DNA of 64,000 nt, from positions 177,816 through 241,815 of the forward strand of contig JABWCP010000002.1 of NCBI GenBank assembly GCA_013360215.1. The letters are read 5' to 3'. The DNA comes from a bacterium. Its GTDB lineage: Bacteria > CLD3 > SB21. Within the stretch, counting starts at the first letter, position 1. Every line of letters starts with the position of its first letter. Positions 1 to 8,094 of this stretch are shown here, one piece after another. A program made the position numbers and the translations under genes. The notes under the pieces were generated by a model that was given only the letters and a program-made list of their open reading frames with translations, was not told where the DNA came from and did no database searches.

Positions 1-441
1 GTCATGTATTTTTTTTGCCGCGCGATGAAGACTTTCTGCTGCACGCTGACGATTCCCTCGGTCTATGGCGATAAAATCCAGCAACCAAAGTATAAACCCA
101 AAAAAAGGAACCCATAACAATTCTTTTTTATGGATCATTCGGAGCTGTTTGGGGGTATAAGCCATCATGAGCGGAATGTCAAATAAGCCTTGGTGGTTGC
201 TTATAAAAATATACACATGGTCCGGACGAATGTGCTCCAGGCCGCGAACCCGCGCACGTACACCGGCCATACGAAGTATCGTTCGCGCCCAAAATTTTTC
301 GACGGCATGCGTAGCCTTAGAACGCGGCCCGAATAGCGCCGCGACTGTCGCTACAATAATCATGAGAAATGTAAAAACGACGGCCGCTATTATCGTCAAC
401 AGCGATCGTAAAGGTGAGCGATTACCAAATTCAGTATTCAT
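1..441 (-). CDS. plsC: 1-acyl-sn-glycerol-3-phosphate acyltransferase (partial, runs off window start)
   Basis: Not in the ORF track. I translated it by hand from the ATG at 441: MNTEFGNRSPLRSLLTIIAAVVFTFLMII...VYIFISNHQGLFDIPLMMAY...KKELLWVPFFG...IAIDRGNRQRA. It has the NHxxxxD catalytic motif and the KKEL..P.FG / IDR blocks of LPLAT acyltransferases. The ATG directly follows the aldolase stop codon. Confidence 0.9.
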   Translation of the reverse strand, partial: MNTEFGNRSPLRSLLTIIAAVVFTFLMIIVATVAALFGPRSKATHAVEKFWARTILRMAGVRARVRGLEHIRPDHVYIFISNHQGLFDIPLMMAYTPKQLRMIHKKELLWVPFFGFILWLLDFIAIDRGNRQRAAESLHRAAKKIHD

Positions 442-1227
442 TTATTTTTTGGCTGAAATGATAGCGCGAACGGTTTCTTCCACATGCAAATCCGATGCGG
501 ATTGATCACGCTGTTGGGTTTCGTATAATGTACAATCGCTTCCGATGCAAGCGCCATGGCACGCTATACATCCGGGGTTATGCGCATCGGATGTACCATA
601 CGTGGCACGAATGGTTTCTAATTTATGCACTTGCTGCGGCGATAATATTTTTGCACCGCCGAGGCTTTTCGCCACAAACAAAATATGCGCATAGTGCTCG
701 ACACGTTCTAATTTGTAATACGCATCATACACATCCCTACCGCATGTTACAACGCCATGATTGGCTAATAAACATGCATCAGCGTGGCGAATAATCGGAC
801 GTACAGAATCCGGAAGTTCCGTCGTCGAAGGCGTGGCATACGGCGCTAAGGGTATCGAACCCAGCGTCGTTACGATTTCCGCCAATACACAATCTTTGAG
901 TTCGATCTGCGCCGTCGCAAAACCTGTCGCATGAACAGGATGCGCATGCACCACGGAATTTACATCCTTCCGCTCTTCGTAAATCGCTAGATGCATTTTG
1001 ATTTCGGTCGAGGGTTTGCACGCCCCTTCGATAACGCGGCCTTGCATATCCAAAACAACCATATCCTCCGCACGCATAAAGCCCTTGCTTATGCCTGTGG
1101 GGGTTGCGATGATCCTATCACCGACTCGCACACTGATATTGCCGTCATTGGATGCAACATAATTACGTGCATACATCCTGCGCCCGCATTCGACGATATC
1201 TAAACGTATTTGAAATTCTTCGTTCAT
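442..1227 (-). CDS. Class II aldolase/adducin family protein (L-fuculose-1-phosphate aldolase-like) with a C-terminal extension
   Basis: Motifs DGNISVR, TPTG.SKG, PSTE.KMHL.IY, VHAHP and LLANHGV supply the Zn-binding histidines. The start is uncertain: ATG 1227 is preferred, and the ORF track uses GTG 1299. Confidence 0.88.
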   Translation of the reverse strand: MNEEFQIRLDIVECGRRMYARNYVASNDGNISVRVGDRIIATPTGISKGFMRAEDMVVLDMQGRVIEGACKPSTEIKMHLAIYEERKDVNSVVHAHPVHATGFATAQIELKDCVLAEIVTTLGSIPLAPYATPSTTELPDSVRPIIRHADACLLANHGVVTCGRDVYDAYYKLERVEHYAHILFVAKSLGGAKILSPQQVHKLETIRATYGTSDAHNPGCIACHGACIGSDCTLYETQQRDQSASDLHVEETVRAIISAKK

Positions 1228-1444
1228 GTTTTTCAATATTGGCCTAATAATATTTCTTTTATAAACCAAAGACAAGATGAACTTCAGTGATTGTATCACG
1301 CTCCTGTAAGTACCTCAAAAATCGACTCCACAAAATTTACTCTGCTTCATTTTCGATTAAGGCATTCATTTTTAATCATGCTCTCCTTTTTCTGATGTAA
1401 AAAATTTCACTCAATTTTAAATCAATTAACAGCGGCGGCCATTT

Positions 1445-1504
1445 TGTCATAAAAAATGACATTTGGTTCATATCGGAAACTGAAAACAATGACAATTTGT
1501 CGTT
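1445..1504. promoter_or_regulatory. Putative upstream activator sites: TGTCAT-N5-ATGACA palindrome (1445-1461) and TGACA-N3-TGTCG (1490-1502)
   Basis: Inverted repeats read directly from the sequence, about 70-125 bp upstream of a sigma54-like -24 box. The functional role is inferred. Confidence 0.45.
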
Positions 1505-1567
1505 AAAATTATTGTGTCGGCTATAAGCGCTGTTAATAAAATTATGTTTTTTTTAATTTTGATATTT

Positions 1568-1584
1568 TTGGCATTGGGTTTGTA
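1568..1584 (+). promoter_or_regulatory. sigma54-like -24/-12 promoter of the hsp20-hsp20-clpB cluster (TTGGCATTGGGTTTGTA)
   Basis: GG at 1570-71 and GT at 1582-83 give GG-N10-GT spacing. Canonical is GG-N10-GC. Confidence 0.55.
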
Positions 1585-1638
1585 ATTCCTTTAACCGAGC
1601 ACAAAAAATATCCAACATACTAAAACGCAGGAGCACTT

Positions 1639-2025
1639 ATGGAAACCAAACAGGAATATGAAGTGAAAACACAAGCAATAGCCAAGCCGGAAAATAATTA
1701 CTACTACATTCAACCGCGTACGGATATTCGCGAAAACAAAGACAGCTATCTGTTATATGTGGAAATGCCCGGAGTACGTAAGGATGGACTCACCGTCACT
1801 TTGCAAAATGGCAATCTTGTGATCGAGGGCAAAATGGGCTTAAATGAAGAAGGATCCGTTATCCGCGAGGAAATACCCAAACGCAACTATCACCGCGTAT
1901 TCCGACTGACAAACCGCGTTGATCCCAATAAGATTGAAGCCCGTTGGCAAGATGGATTTCTGATCCTGAGCGTTGGTAAAAAAGAAGAACTGAAGCCGCG
2001 TGAAATCGCAATTAACTTTAACTAA
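1639..2025 (+). CDS. Small heat shock protein, Hsp20/alpha-crystallin family
   Basis: P.TDI.E...SY.L.VEMPGV.K, YHRVFRL...VDPNKIEA....G.L.L and a C-terminal IxI motif (IAI). SD GGAG upstream. Confidence 0.92.
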   Translation: METKQEYEVKTQAIAKPENNYYYIQPRTDIRENKDSYLLYVEMPGVRKDGLTVTLQNGNLVIEGKMGLNEEGSVIREEIPKRNYHRVFRLTNRVDPNKIEARWQDGFLILSVGKKEELKPREIAINFN

Positions 2026-2052
2026 ACACCAAACAACCAAAGGAGATTGACC

Positions 2053-2502
2053 ATGTCACTCATCAAATTCACCCCGCGCGATCGCGACATCTTCTCTGAT
2101 TTGTTTGCGATCCAAAGAGAAATGAACCAGGCTTTTAATTCCGTCTTTAATCGAGACGAATATACCGGCCTAACCAATTGGAACCCGGCAACGGATATCG
2201 TTGAAGGCAAAGACGAATATACCGTTCGTATCGAATTACCGGGTGTCAGCAAAAATGATGTGAAAATAACGATTCACGATAATGTGCTGACTGTCCAAGG
2301 TGAAAAAAAGCAGGAATCGGAAAATAAAGAAAACAATTACCATCGTGTCGAACGCAGCTACGGCTCTTTCATGCGCTCTTTCCGGCTCCCGTCCATGGTC
2401 AAGGGAGAAAAAATTGACGCCAATTATAAAGACGGCATCCTGACCATCGTATTGCCCAAGGCCGAAGAAGCCAAAACGAAGGAAATAGAAATTAAATTCT
2501 AA
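2053..2502 (+). CDS. Small heat shock protein, Hsp20/alpha-crystallin family
   Basis: WNPATDIVE...IELPGV.K.DV.I, ER.YGSF.RSFRLP, A.YKDGIL.I.LPK and C-terminal IEI. SD AAGGAG at 2040-2045 favours ATG 2053. Confidence 0.95.
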   Translation: MSLIKFTPRDRDIFSDLFAIQREMNQAFNSVFNRDEYTGLTNWNPATDIVEGKDEYTVRIELPGVSKNDVKITIHDNVLTVQGEKKQESENKENNYHRVERSYGSFMRSFRLPSMVKGEKIDANYKDGILTIVLPKAEEAKTKEIEIKF

Positions 2503-2548
2503 AATAATCCGGCGTGTCGCATGCACGTCGTCAGAAGTATAACTTGCG

Positions 2549-2583
2549 GCGGGATGCGTATACCAACCATCCCGCATTTATTT
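2549..2583 (+). terminator. Weak hairpin after the second hsp20 (GCGGGATG/CATCCCGC followed by a T-rich tail)
   Basis: 8-bp stem, 11-nt loop, then ATTTATTT. Confidence 0.4.
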
Positions 2584-2598
2584 ATAGAGAAAAATGCG

Positions 2599-2670
2599 AT
2601 GACCTACGGACTTAAAATAAGTGTTATTCTTATGATTTGTCTGGCATTGTATATGATCATGACAGCTTGA
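2599..2670 (+). CDS. Putative 23-aa hydrophobic small protein (MTYGLKISVILMICLALYMIMTA)
   Basis: Translated by hand. It is one uninterrupted hydrophobic stretch with only a weak purine-rich RBS (AGAGAAAA). Confidence 0.3.
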   Translation: MTYGLKISVILMICLALYMIMTA

Positions 2671-2742
2671 TCATTGGCAAAGACAAATAAGTCGCACGAA
2701 TACGCCGTACTCGTAGTAAGGCAATGGAAAGGAACGTAACTC

Positions 2743-5373
2743 ATGAATTCCGATAAAATGACAATCAAAGCGCAAGAGGCTTTATCTAATGCCCAGTCGT
2801 TAGCGTTGGAGCGTCATCATACGCAGATCGAACCTGAGCATATTTTAATGGCGATGTTGGACGATCATGATGGTACGGTTCCTGCCTTGATCAAAAAATT
2901 AGGCTCCCCGCTTGCTACGATATGTACGCAGGCCGAATCCATACTTGATCGCATGCCGCGTGTTTCCGATACCACACAACAGGTTTATTTGTCAGGTCGT
3001 GCGAGCCGTATATTGATCGAAGCCGGTAAAGAAGCGGAAAAACTCAAAGACGAATACATCAGTACCGAACATCTTTTCATCGCTATGTCTGAAGAAAACA
3101 CGGAATCCGGAAAAATGCTCAAAGGTTTCGGCATATGGCGTGAGACACTTTATCGTGCATTGCGTGATGTCCGCGGCGCGCAGCGCGTAACCGACCAAAA
3201 TCCCGAAGGTAAATATCAATCTTTGCAAAAATACGGGCGCAATCTGAATGAATTAGCCCGACGCAGTAAACTGGACCCGGTCATCGGACGCGACGAAGAA
3301 ATCCGTCGTGTTTTACAGGTTTTGTCGCGTCGCACCAAAAATAATCCCGTACTGATCGGTGAACCCGGCGTCGGTAAAACCGCCATTGCCGAAGGCCTTG
3401 CCCATCGCATTATTGACGGCGACGTCCCCGAAAATCTCAGAACAAAAACCATCATGGCTTTAGATATGGGCGCACTCATCGCCGGTGCCAAATTTCGCGG
3501 TGAATTTGAAGAACGACTCAAAGCCGTGCTTCGCGAGGTCACCGAATCCCAAGGCGAAATTATTCTTTTCATTGACGAACTGCATACACTCGTCGGTGCC
3601 GGGGCGGCCGAAGGCGCTGTGGATGCGGCTAATATGCTCAAACCGGCATTGGCGCGTGGCGAATTACGCGCAATCGGAGCTACCACACTGGATGAATACC
3701 GCAAGCACATCGAAAAAGATCCGGCGCTCGAACGGCGGTTCCAACCGGTTTTAGTGGATGAACCATCTATTCACGATACCATCTCTATATTACGCGGTCT
3801 CAAAGAAAAATACGAAGTGCACCATGGCGTTCGCATACAAGATAACGCTATCATAGCGGCGGCCGTACTTTCTGATCGTTACATAGCCGATCGTTTTATG
3901 CCGGACAAAGCCATTGATCTGATCGACGAAGCGGCTTCCAAGCTACGTATTGAAATCAATTCGATGCCTGAAGAGTTGGATACGGTTGAGCGTACCATCA
4001 AACAACTGGAAATCGAACAATTGGCGCTTAAAAAAGAAAGCGACACCGTATCCCTAAGCCGACTGGATAAAATTTCAAGCGAACTCGCTGACCTTAAAGA
4101 AAAACGTACGGCGCTGCGTAGTCATTGGGAAACGGAGAAAAAAGTTATCGAACAAATTCGCCGCGTCCAATCTGAAATAGAAATTACAAAATCGCAGATC
4201 GAACAATCCGAACGCGCCGGTGATCTCAATAAAGCCGCGGAACTCAAATACGGACGGCTCACTGAACTCGGTACACAAATGGAAAAGGAAAAAAATAAAT
4301 TAGCCGAAGTTCAGAAAAACCAAAAAATGCTCAAAGAAGAGGTCGGTGAAGATGATATTGCCGAGATTGTTGCCAAGTGGACTGGCATCCCCGTCTCTCG
4401 CATGTTAGAATCAGAGAAAGATAAAATTTTAAGCATGCCGGAGCGCCTTCAAGAACGCGTTGTCGGTCAGAACGAAGCCGTTGTATCTGTTTCGGATGCG
4501 ATCAAACGATCGCGTGCAGGATTATCGGATGAAAAAAGACCCATCGGCTCATTCATTTTCTTGGGCCCGACCGGTGTCGGAAAAACTGAATTAGCCAAAG
4601 CTGTTGCCGAATTTTTATTTGACGATGAAACCGCTATGGTACGACTGGATATGTCCGAATACATGGAACAACACAGCGTTTCACGCCTCATCGGTGCGCC
4701 TCCGGGCTATATCGGTTACGACGAAGGCGGTCAGTTGACGGAAGCCGTTCGCAGAAAACCGTATAGTGTTATTCTGCTTGATGAAATAGAAAAAGCACAT
4801 CCCGAAGTTTTTAATATCTTACTTCAAGTATTGGATGACGGGCATCTTACAGATAATAAAGGCCGTACCGTTAATTTCCGTAATACCATCATTATCATGA
4901 CGTCCAATCTTGGCGCTTCTGTAATCATGGAAAAAATGAATGATATGGCGTCCGAAAACCGTGATCGCATTCACGCCGGTATCAAAGAATCCGTCATATC
5001 CCTGCTCCGCCAACGTTTACGCCCGGAGTTTATCAACCGGATTGACGATATTGTCGTATTCAGGCCGTTGGAACGCAGTGATTTGCAGCGGATCGTACAT
5101 ATACAATTTGCGCATGTAAAAAAACTTCTACAAAAACATAACATAGGCATCGAATTGGACACCACGGCGGTGGATGCATTAGCCCGGCTCGGATTTGATC
5201 CGATATTTGGCGCCCGTCCGCTAAAACGGTTGATCCAAAAGGACGTCGTAACTCAGATATCCACAGAGCTTCTCAAAGGAGCTTTTGTTCCAAATGATCA
5301 ACTATTACTTGCGTTCCATGATGACGTTTTCCGATTAACCAAACGCAATAGTTCGCTAAAATCAGTTGCCTAA
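2743..5373 (+). CDS. clpB: ATP-dependent disaggregase ClpB
   Basis: Clp N-domain, two Walker A motifs ([16 protein letters not shown]), [20 protein letters not shown] pore loop and a long coiled-coil M domain; 876 aa. Confidence 0.97.
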   Translation: MNSDKMTIKAQEALSNAQSLALERHHTQIEPEHILMAMLDDHDGTVPALIKKLGSPLATICTQAESILDRMPRVSDTTQQVYLSGRASRILIEAGKEAEKLKDEYISTEHLFIAMSEENTESGKMLKGFGIWRETLYRALRDVRGAQRVTDQNPEGKYQSLQKYGRNLNELARRSKLDPVIGRDEEIRRVLQVLSRRTKNNPVLIGEPGVGKTAIAEGLAHRIIDGDVPENLRTKTIMALDMGALIAGAKFRGEFEERLKAVLREVTESQGEIILFIDELHTLVGAGAAEGAVDAANMLKPALARGELRAIGATTLDEYRKHIEKDPALERRFQPVLVDEPSIHDTISILRGLKEKYEVHHGVRIQDNAIIAAAVLSDRYIADRFMPDKAIDLIDEAASKLRIEINSMPEELDTVERTIKQLEIEQLALKKESDTVSLSRLDKISSELADLKEKRTALRSHWETEKKVIEQIRRVQSEIEITKSQIEQSERAGDLNKAAELKYGRLTELGTQMEKEKNKLAEVQKNQKMLKEEVGEDDIAEIVAKWTGIPVSRMLESEKDKILSMPERLQERVVGQNEAVVSVSDAIKRSRAGLSDEKRPIGSFIFLGPTGVGKTELAKAVAEFLFDDETAMVRLDMSEYMEQHSVSRLIGAPPGYIGYDEGGQLTEAVRRKPYSVILLDEIEKAHPEVFNILLQVLDDGHLTDNKGRTVNFRNTIIIMTSNLGASVIMEKMNDMASENRDRIHAGIKESVISLLRQRLRPEFINRIDDIVVFRPLERSDLQRIVHIQFAHVKKLLQKHNIGIELDTTAVDALARLGFDPIFGARPLKRLIQKDVVTQISTELLKGAFVPNDQLLLAFHDDVFRLTKRNSSLKSVA

Positions 5374-5376
5374 ATC

Positions 5377-5416
5377 ATCAAAGGGTGTCTCTGAACTTAC
5401 AGAAACATCCTTTGAT
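5377..5416. terminator. Hairpin terminator between convergent clpB and the tonB-like gene
   Basis: ATCAAAGGGTGTCTCTG-N6-CAGAAACATCCTTTGAT inverted repeat filling the gap between the two stop codons. Confidence 0.7.
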
Positions 5417-6142
5417 CTAACGCAAACGAAAAGTAAAGGGCATCATAACCCATACTTTTACGGCTACGCCGCCATTGATTCCCGGTTTGAAACGTGTTTT
5501 CAAAAAGGTCTCTGAAGCCGCATTATAAAATATCTCATCCCCAGAAGCAAAAACCGTGCGGGTTACCATACCTTCTTCGTTGACTAATCCCTTAACATAT
5601 ACTCTACCCTCAATGCCGGCTTGTCTTGGAAGAGATGGGTATTCGGGTTTCACGCGATGTATCACCTCGGGCATCTGCTCCACTATCGTAAATTCGCCTG
5701 AAGTTGTGTTTTTACTATCAATACTCACATTTTCAAAATTCGGTAAGCTCACATCAAGATTATTCCAATCCATCGGAACACTATTATCAGAAAACTTTTC
5801 TATCCAGTCGTCTTGCGAAGGTATCGTAATATCGGGAGAAACTATGGCATCAGGAGTTATGATAGGGATTCCTTTGATAATGTCACCCGGATTAAATTTT
5901 TGAGGTAAATTGATCGCAGGAATTTCCGGGATGTTTGTTAAAGGCGGCATATCCACCAGTATAGATATTTGGTTCATGACCTGCTTAACTGCTTTTGGGT
6001 TTTGGCCGATTACCCACACAATCGTTCCGATAATGAAAGCATGTAAAACAACACCCGCACTTAATCCTTTTACCATATTTTTTTGGTAAACTTCAGCCAA
6101 CACGGATTTGAATCCACGGTCAGATTGCATTACCTTTTCCAT
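5417..6142 (-). CDS. Energy transducer TonB family protein
   Basis: N-terminal TM helix, Pro-rich linker and TonB C-domain (PEYP..ARQAGIEGRV.V...V...G.V; F.PG..GG.AV.VW..MPF.FRL). Confidence 0.82.
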   Translation of the reverse strand: MEKVMQSDRGFKSVLAEVYQKNMVKGLSAGVVLHAFIIGTIVWVIGQNPKAVKQVMNQISILVDMPPLTNIPEIPAINLPQKFNPGDIIKGIPIITPDAIVSPDITIPSQDDWIEKFSDNSVPMDWNNLDVSLPNFENVSIDSKNTTSGEFTIVEQMPEVIHRVKPEYPSLPRQAGIEGRVYVKGLVNEEGMVTRTVFASGDEIFYNAASETFLKTRFKPGINGGVAVKVWVMMPFTFRLR

Positions 6143-6345
6143 AACCGACTCCTTTTCATAGTAGATTGCTTCAGCTTAATGATCCCAAACAGGTATCTAC
6201 ATATAAAATAGCGGAACAATCTATCTCCATATCACCAATCATAGAATGGTGATAATCGGTAAGAACTGTCTGAATATGTTGTTATTACAATAATTGCGAT
6301 TTAATTTTGGCTATTTATAGATTATATATATCTCGAAAGGGTTTT

Positions 6346-6774
6346 ATGAAAAAAGCTGTAAATATCTTTATTATCGTAGCTTTGCATGCCGTATCTCATG
6401 TTTTAATTGCACAGAACGATGAAGACCTCGCCTCTTTTATCGTTGGTCAATATGAGATTGTCGGGCGATATCCCGGCAGTAAAAAACCATTTATCGGTTC
6501 GGCTGTGGTGACTTTGGATAACGGAAAAATATTTGTAAAACGTACGATAGATAAAAAAACTGAAATGGCTGACGCCGCATTTATAAAGGTGACAGCCGAC
6601 CAAATAACCGTTCTCCAATGCCGGTTACAATCGGGAAAAGAAACATATGTCGGGGTTTATATGATCAAAGGTGATTTGGACAACTACCCACGGCTAACCG
6701 GACAGCTTTTTAACAGCAAGGACGAATCATTTCCTTCAGGTATTGAAGCGTGGTTCCCGATCATACCAAATTAG
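6346..6774 (+). CDS. Hypothetical secreted protein (beta-rich)
   Basis: Signal-peptide-like MKKAVNIFIIVALHAVSHVLIA. No family recognised. Confidence 0.65.
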   Translation: MKKAVNIFIIVALHAVSHVLIAQNDEDLASFIVGQYEIVGRYPGSKKPFIGSAVVTLDNGKIFVKRTIDKKTEMADAAFIKVTADQITVLQCRLQSGKETYVGVYMIKGDLDNYPRLTGQLFNSKDESFPSGIEAWFPIIPN

Positions 6775-6789
6775 TTCGTTATTATCTTT

Positions 6790-7872
6790 TCAACTGTGGC
6801 GTTTTAAAATAATTATCGAAATATCATCGGAAGCGGAAGATTCACCCACGAAGCGTTCCAGATCAAGTAAAATGGCTTTCCCGATAACCGGTGCATCTGT
6901 ATTTCTTAATCGCTCGGCGATTTGTAGCGGCTTATCATTTCCATAAAATTCCCCATTTTCATTAGCCGCTTCGGTCACACCGTCCGAAAACGAGACGAGC
7001 ACATCCCCAATCGCCATCGTTAGCTCGTTTAAAACGTATTTTGATGACGGAGAAAGTCCGATAGCTAATTGCCCGCGTCCGCACTCCGTTTTCCCATCAC
7101 GATTACACAAAACCGGCGGTAAATGTCCGGCATTGACATATTGTATCTGCCCCGAAGATTTATTGACACGCAAAAGTACCATGGAGGCAAATACACTACG
7201 CAGGCTGTCACGATGAAATATCTTATTAACCCGATCCACCAAATCCAAAGGATCGGTTATCATAGTGATCAATGCACGAATCGTAGCTTGCAATTTGGCC
7301 GTCCACAAAGCAGCACGCAATCCCTTTCCGGAAACATCGGCCATCAAAATACTCATTGTCTTGCTGTCATGATCAATAATATCCACTAAATCTCCGCCCA
7401 CTTCGCGCGCCGGCCTGGTAAATAACCAAACGGACCACCCGGGTATATTAGGCTGCTCCGGAGGTAAAAGCGCACGCTGAATCGTTCGTCCGGCATCCAG
7501 TTCGTCATGCGCGAGCAATTTATCCTTTAGTTCCAACATGAGGACAAAAAAGATAAGTAACGCGCCCAAAAGCCCCCGATCTCCCACAAGCCATGATGCA
7601 AACTTAAATGTAATCCCATTGATACTCAGCAAAATCCCGGCTACGATCAATAGTCGTCGGGCGGGAGTGAGTTTGTAAAACATACCTTGCAATATCCACG
7701 CAGCGATGTGCATAGAACGTTTGAAGCGACCCATGGATAACAACCGCTTTTTTCGATCCGAGTCAATGTAAAACTCGTGCAGTTCGCGGTATTCACGTTT
7801 CATCGTATGCCAAAAATCAGCCTTTTCGACATCGTTACTCAATATATCCAGTATGCCCGGTTCTTTTTGCAT
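6790..7872 (-). CDS. PP2C-family Ser/Thr phosphatase (SpoIIE/RsbU domain) with N-terminal membrane segments
   Basis: EVGGDLVD, ADVSGKG, YVNAGHLPP, FSDGVTEA.N and DDISII motifs. Confidence 0.9.
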   Translation of the reverse strand: MQKEPGILDILSNDVEKADFWHTMKREYRELHEFYIDSDRKKRLLSMGRFKRSMHIAAWILQGMFYKLTPARRLLIVAGILLSINGITFKFASWLVGDRGLLGALLIFFVLMLELKDKLLAHDELDAGRTIQRALLPPEQPNIPGWSVWLFTRPAREVGGDLVDIIDHDSKTMSILMADVSGKGLRAALWTAKLQATIRALITMITDPLDLVDRVNKIFHRDSLRSVFASMVLLRVNKSSGQIQYVNAGHLPPVLCNRDGKTECGRGQLAIGLSPSSKYVLNELTMAIGDVLVSFSDGVTEAANENGEFYGNDKPLQIAERLRNTDAPVIGKAILLDLERFVGESSASDDISIIILKRHS

Positions 7873-7901
7873 AATCCTCAGTCTGTTATTATTGCATTTT
7901 A

Positions 7902-7927
7902 TACGAAGATAGCCCGCAAATGTTTGT
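7902..7927 (-). promoter_or_regulatory. ECF-sigma-like promoter ACAAAC-N16-CGTA facing the PP2C gene
   Basis: Exact AAAC-N16-CGTA spacing on the minus strand. Confidence 0.4.
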
Positions 7928-7971
7928 AAATCGTACCAACAAGTAAATAGAATAATTATATTAATATAAAT

Positions 7972-7997
7972 TGAAACTTATTTATAATTTATCCGTA
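7972..7997 (+). promoter_or_regulatory. ECF-sigma-like promoter TGAAAC-N16-CGTA facing the M16 peptidase genes
   Basis: Exact match to the B. subtilis SigW-type consensus and spacing. Confidence 0.5.
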
Positions 7998-8094
7998 ACC
8001 GATTACGAATTAGCCTTATTGCGATTCATTTCTGACAAAATAATAATGTATTGTTGAAACTATTCCGATCTCATAAACCCATGGAGGAGTTCCG

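Noticed and set aside
535-570. CxxCH motif (CIACH) in the aldolase tail read as a c-type heme site
   Set aside because: The protein has no export signal, and heme c attachment is extracytoplasmic. It is kept only as a possible Fe-S/Zn site.
167-1203. Short ORFs 167-505, 495-794, 779-1021 and 991-1203
   Set aside because: They are shadow frames over plsC and the aldolase, with no motifs or RBS.
2641-2657. CTGGCATTGTATATGAT as a second sigma54 promoter for clpB
   Set aside because: The -12 position reads GA with no TTG, which is too weak.
1300-2742. CIRCE/HrcA operator or sigma32 promoter for the chaperone genes
   Set aside because: I saw no TTAGCACTC-N9-GAGTGCTAA or convincing sigma32 box by eye.
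3216-3710. 164-aa antisense ORF inside clpB, and similar ones inside M16 (9650-10030), pduO (23914-24369), secD, gatB, mfd and the NtrC gene
   Set aside because: These are typical antisense open frames produced by codon bias in conserved genes (Ser/Pro/Arg-rich, no domains).
6230-6254. TATCACCA-N9-TGGTGATA and TCACCA-N4-TGGTGA (19347-19362) as a shared operator
   Set aside because: The spacers differ and the arms are short, so they are more likely unrelated hairpins or chance.
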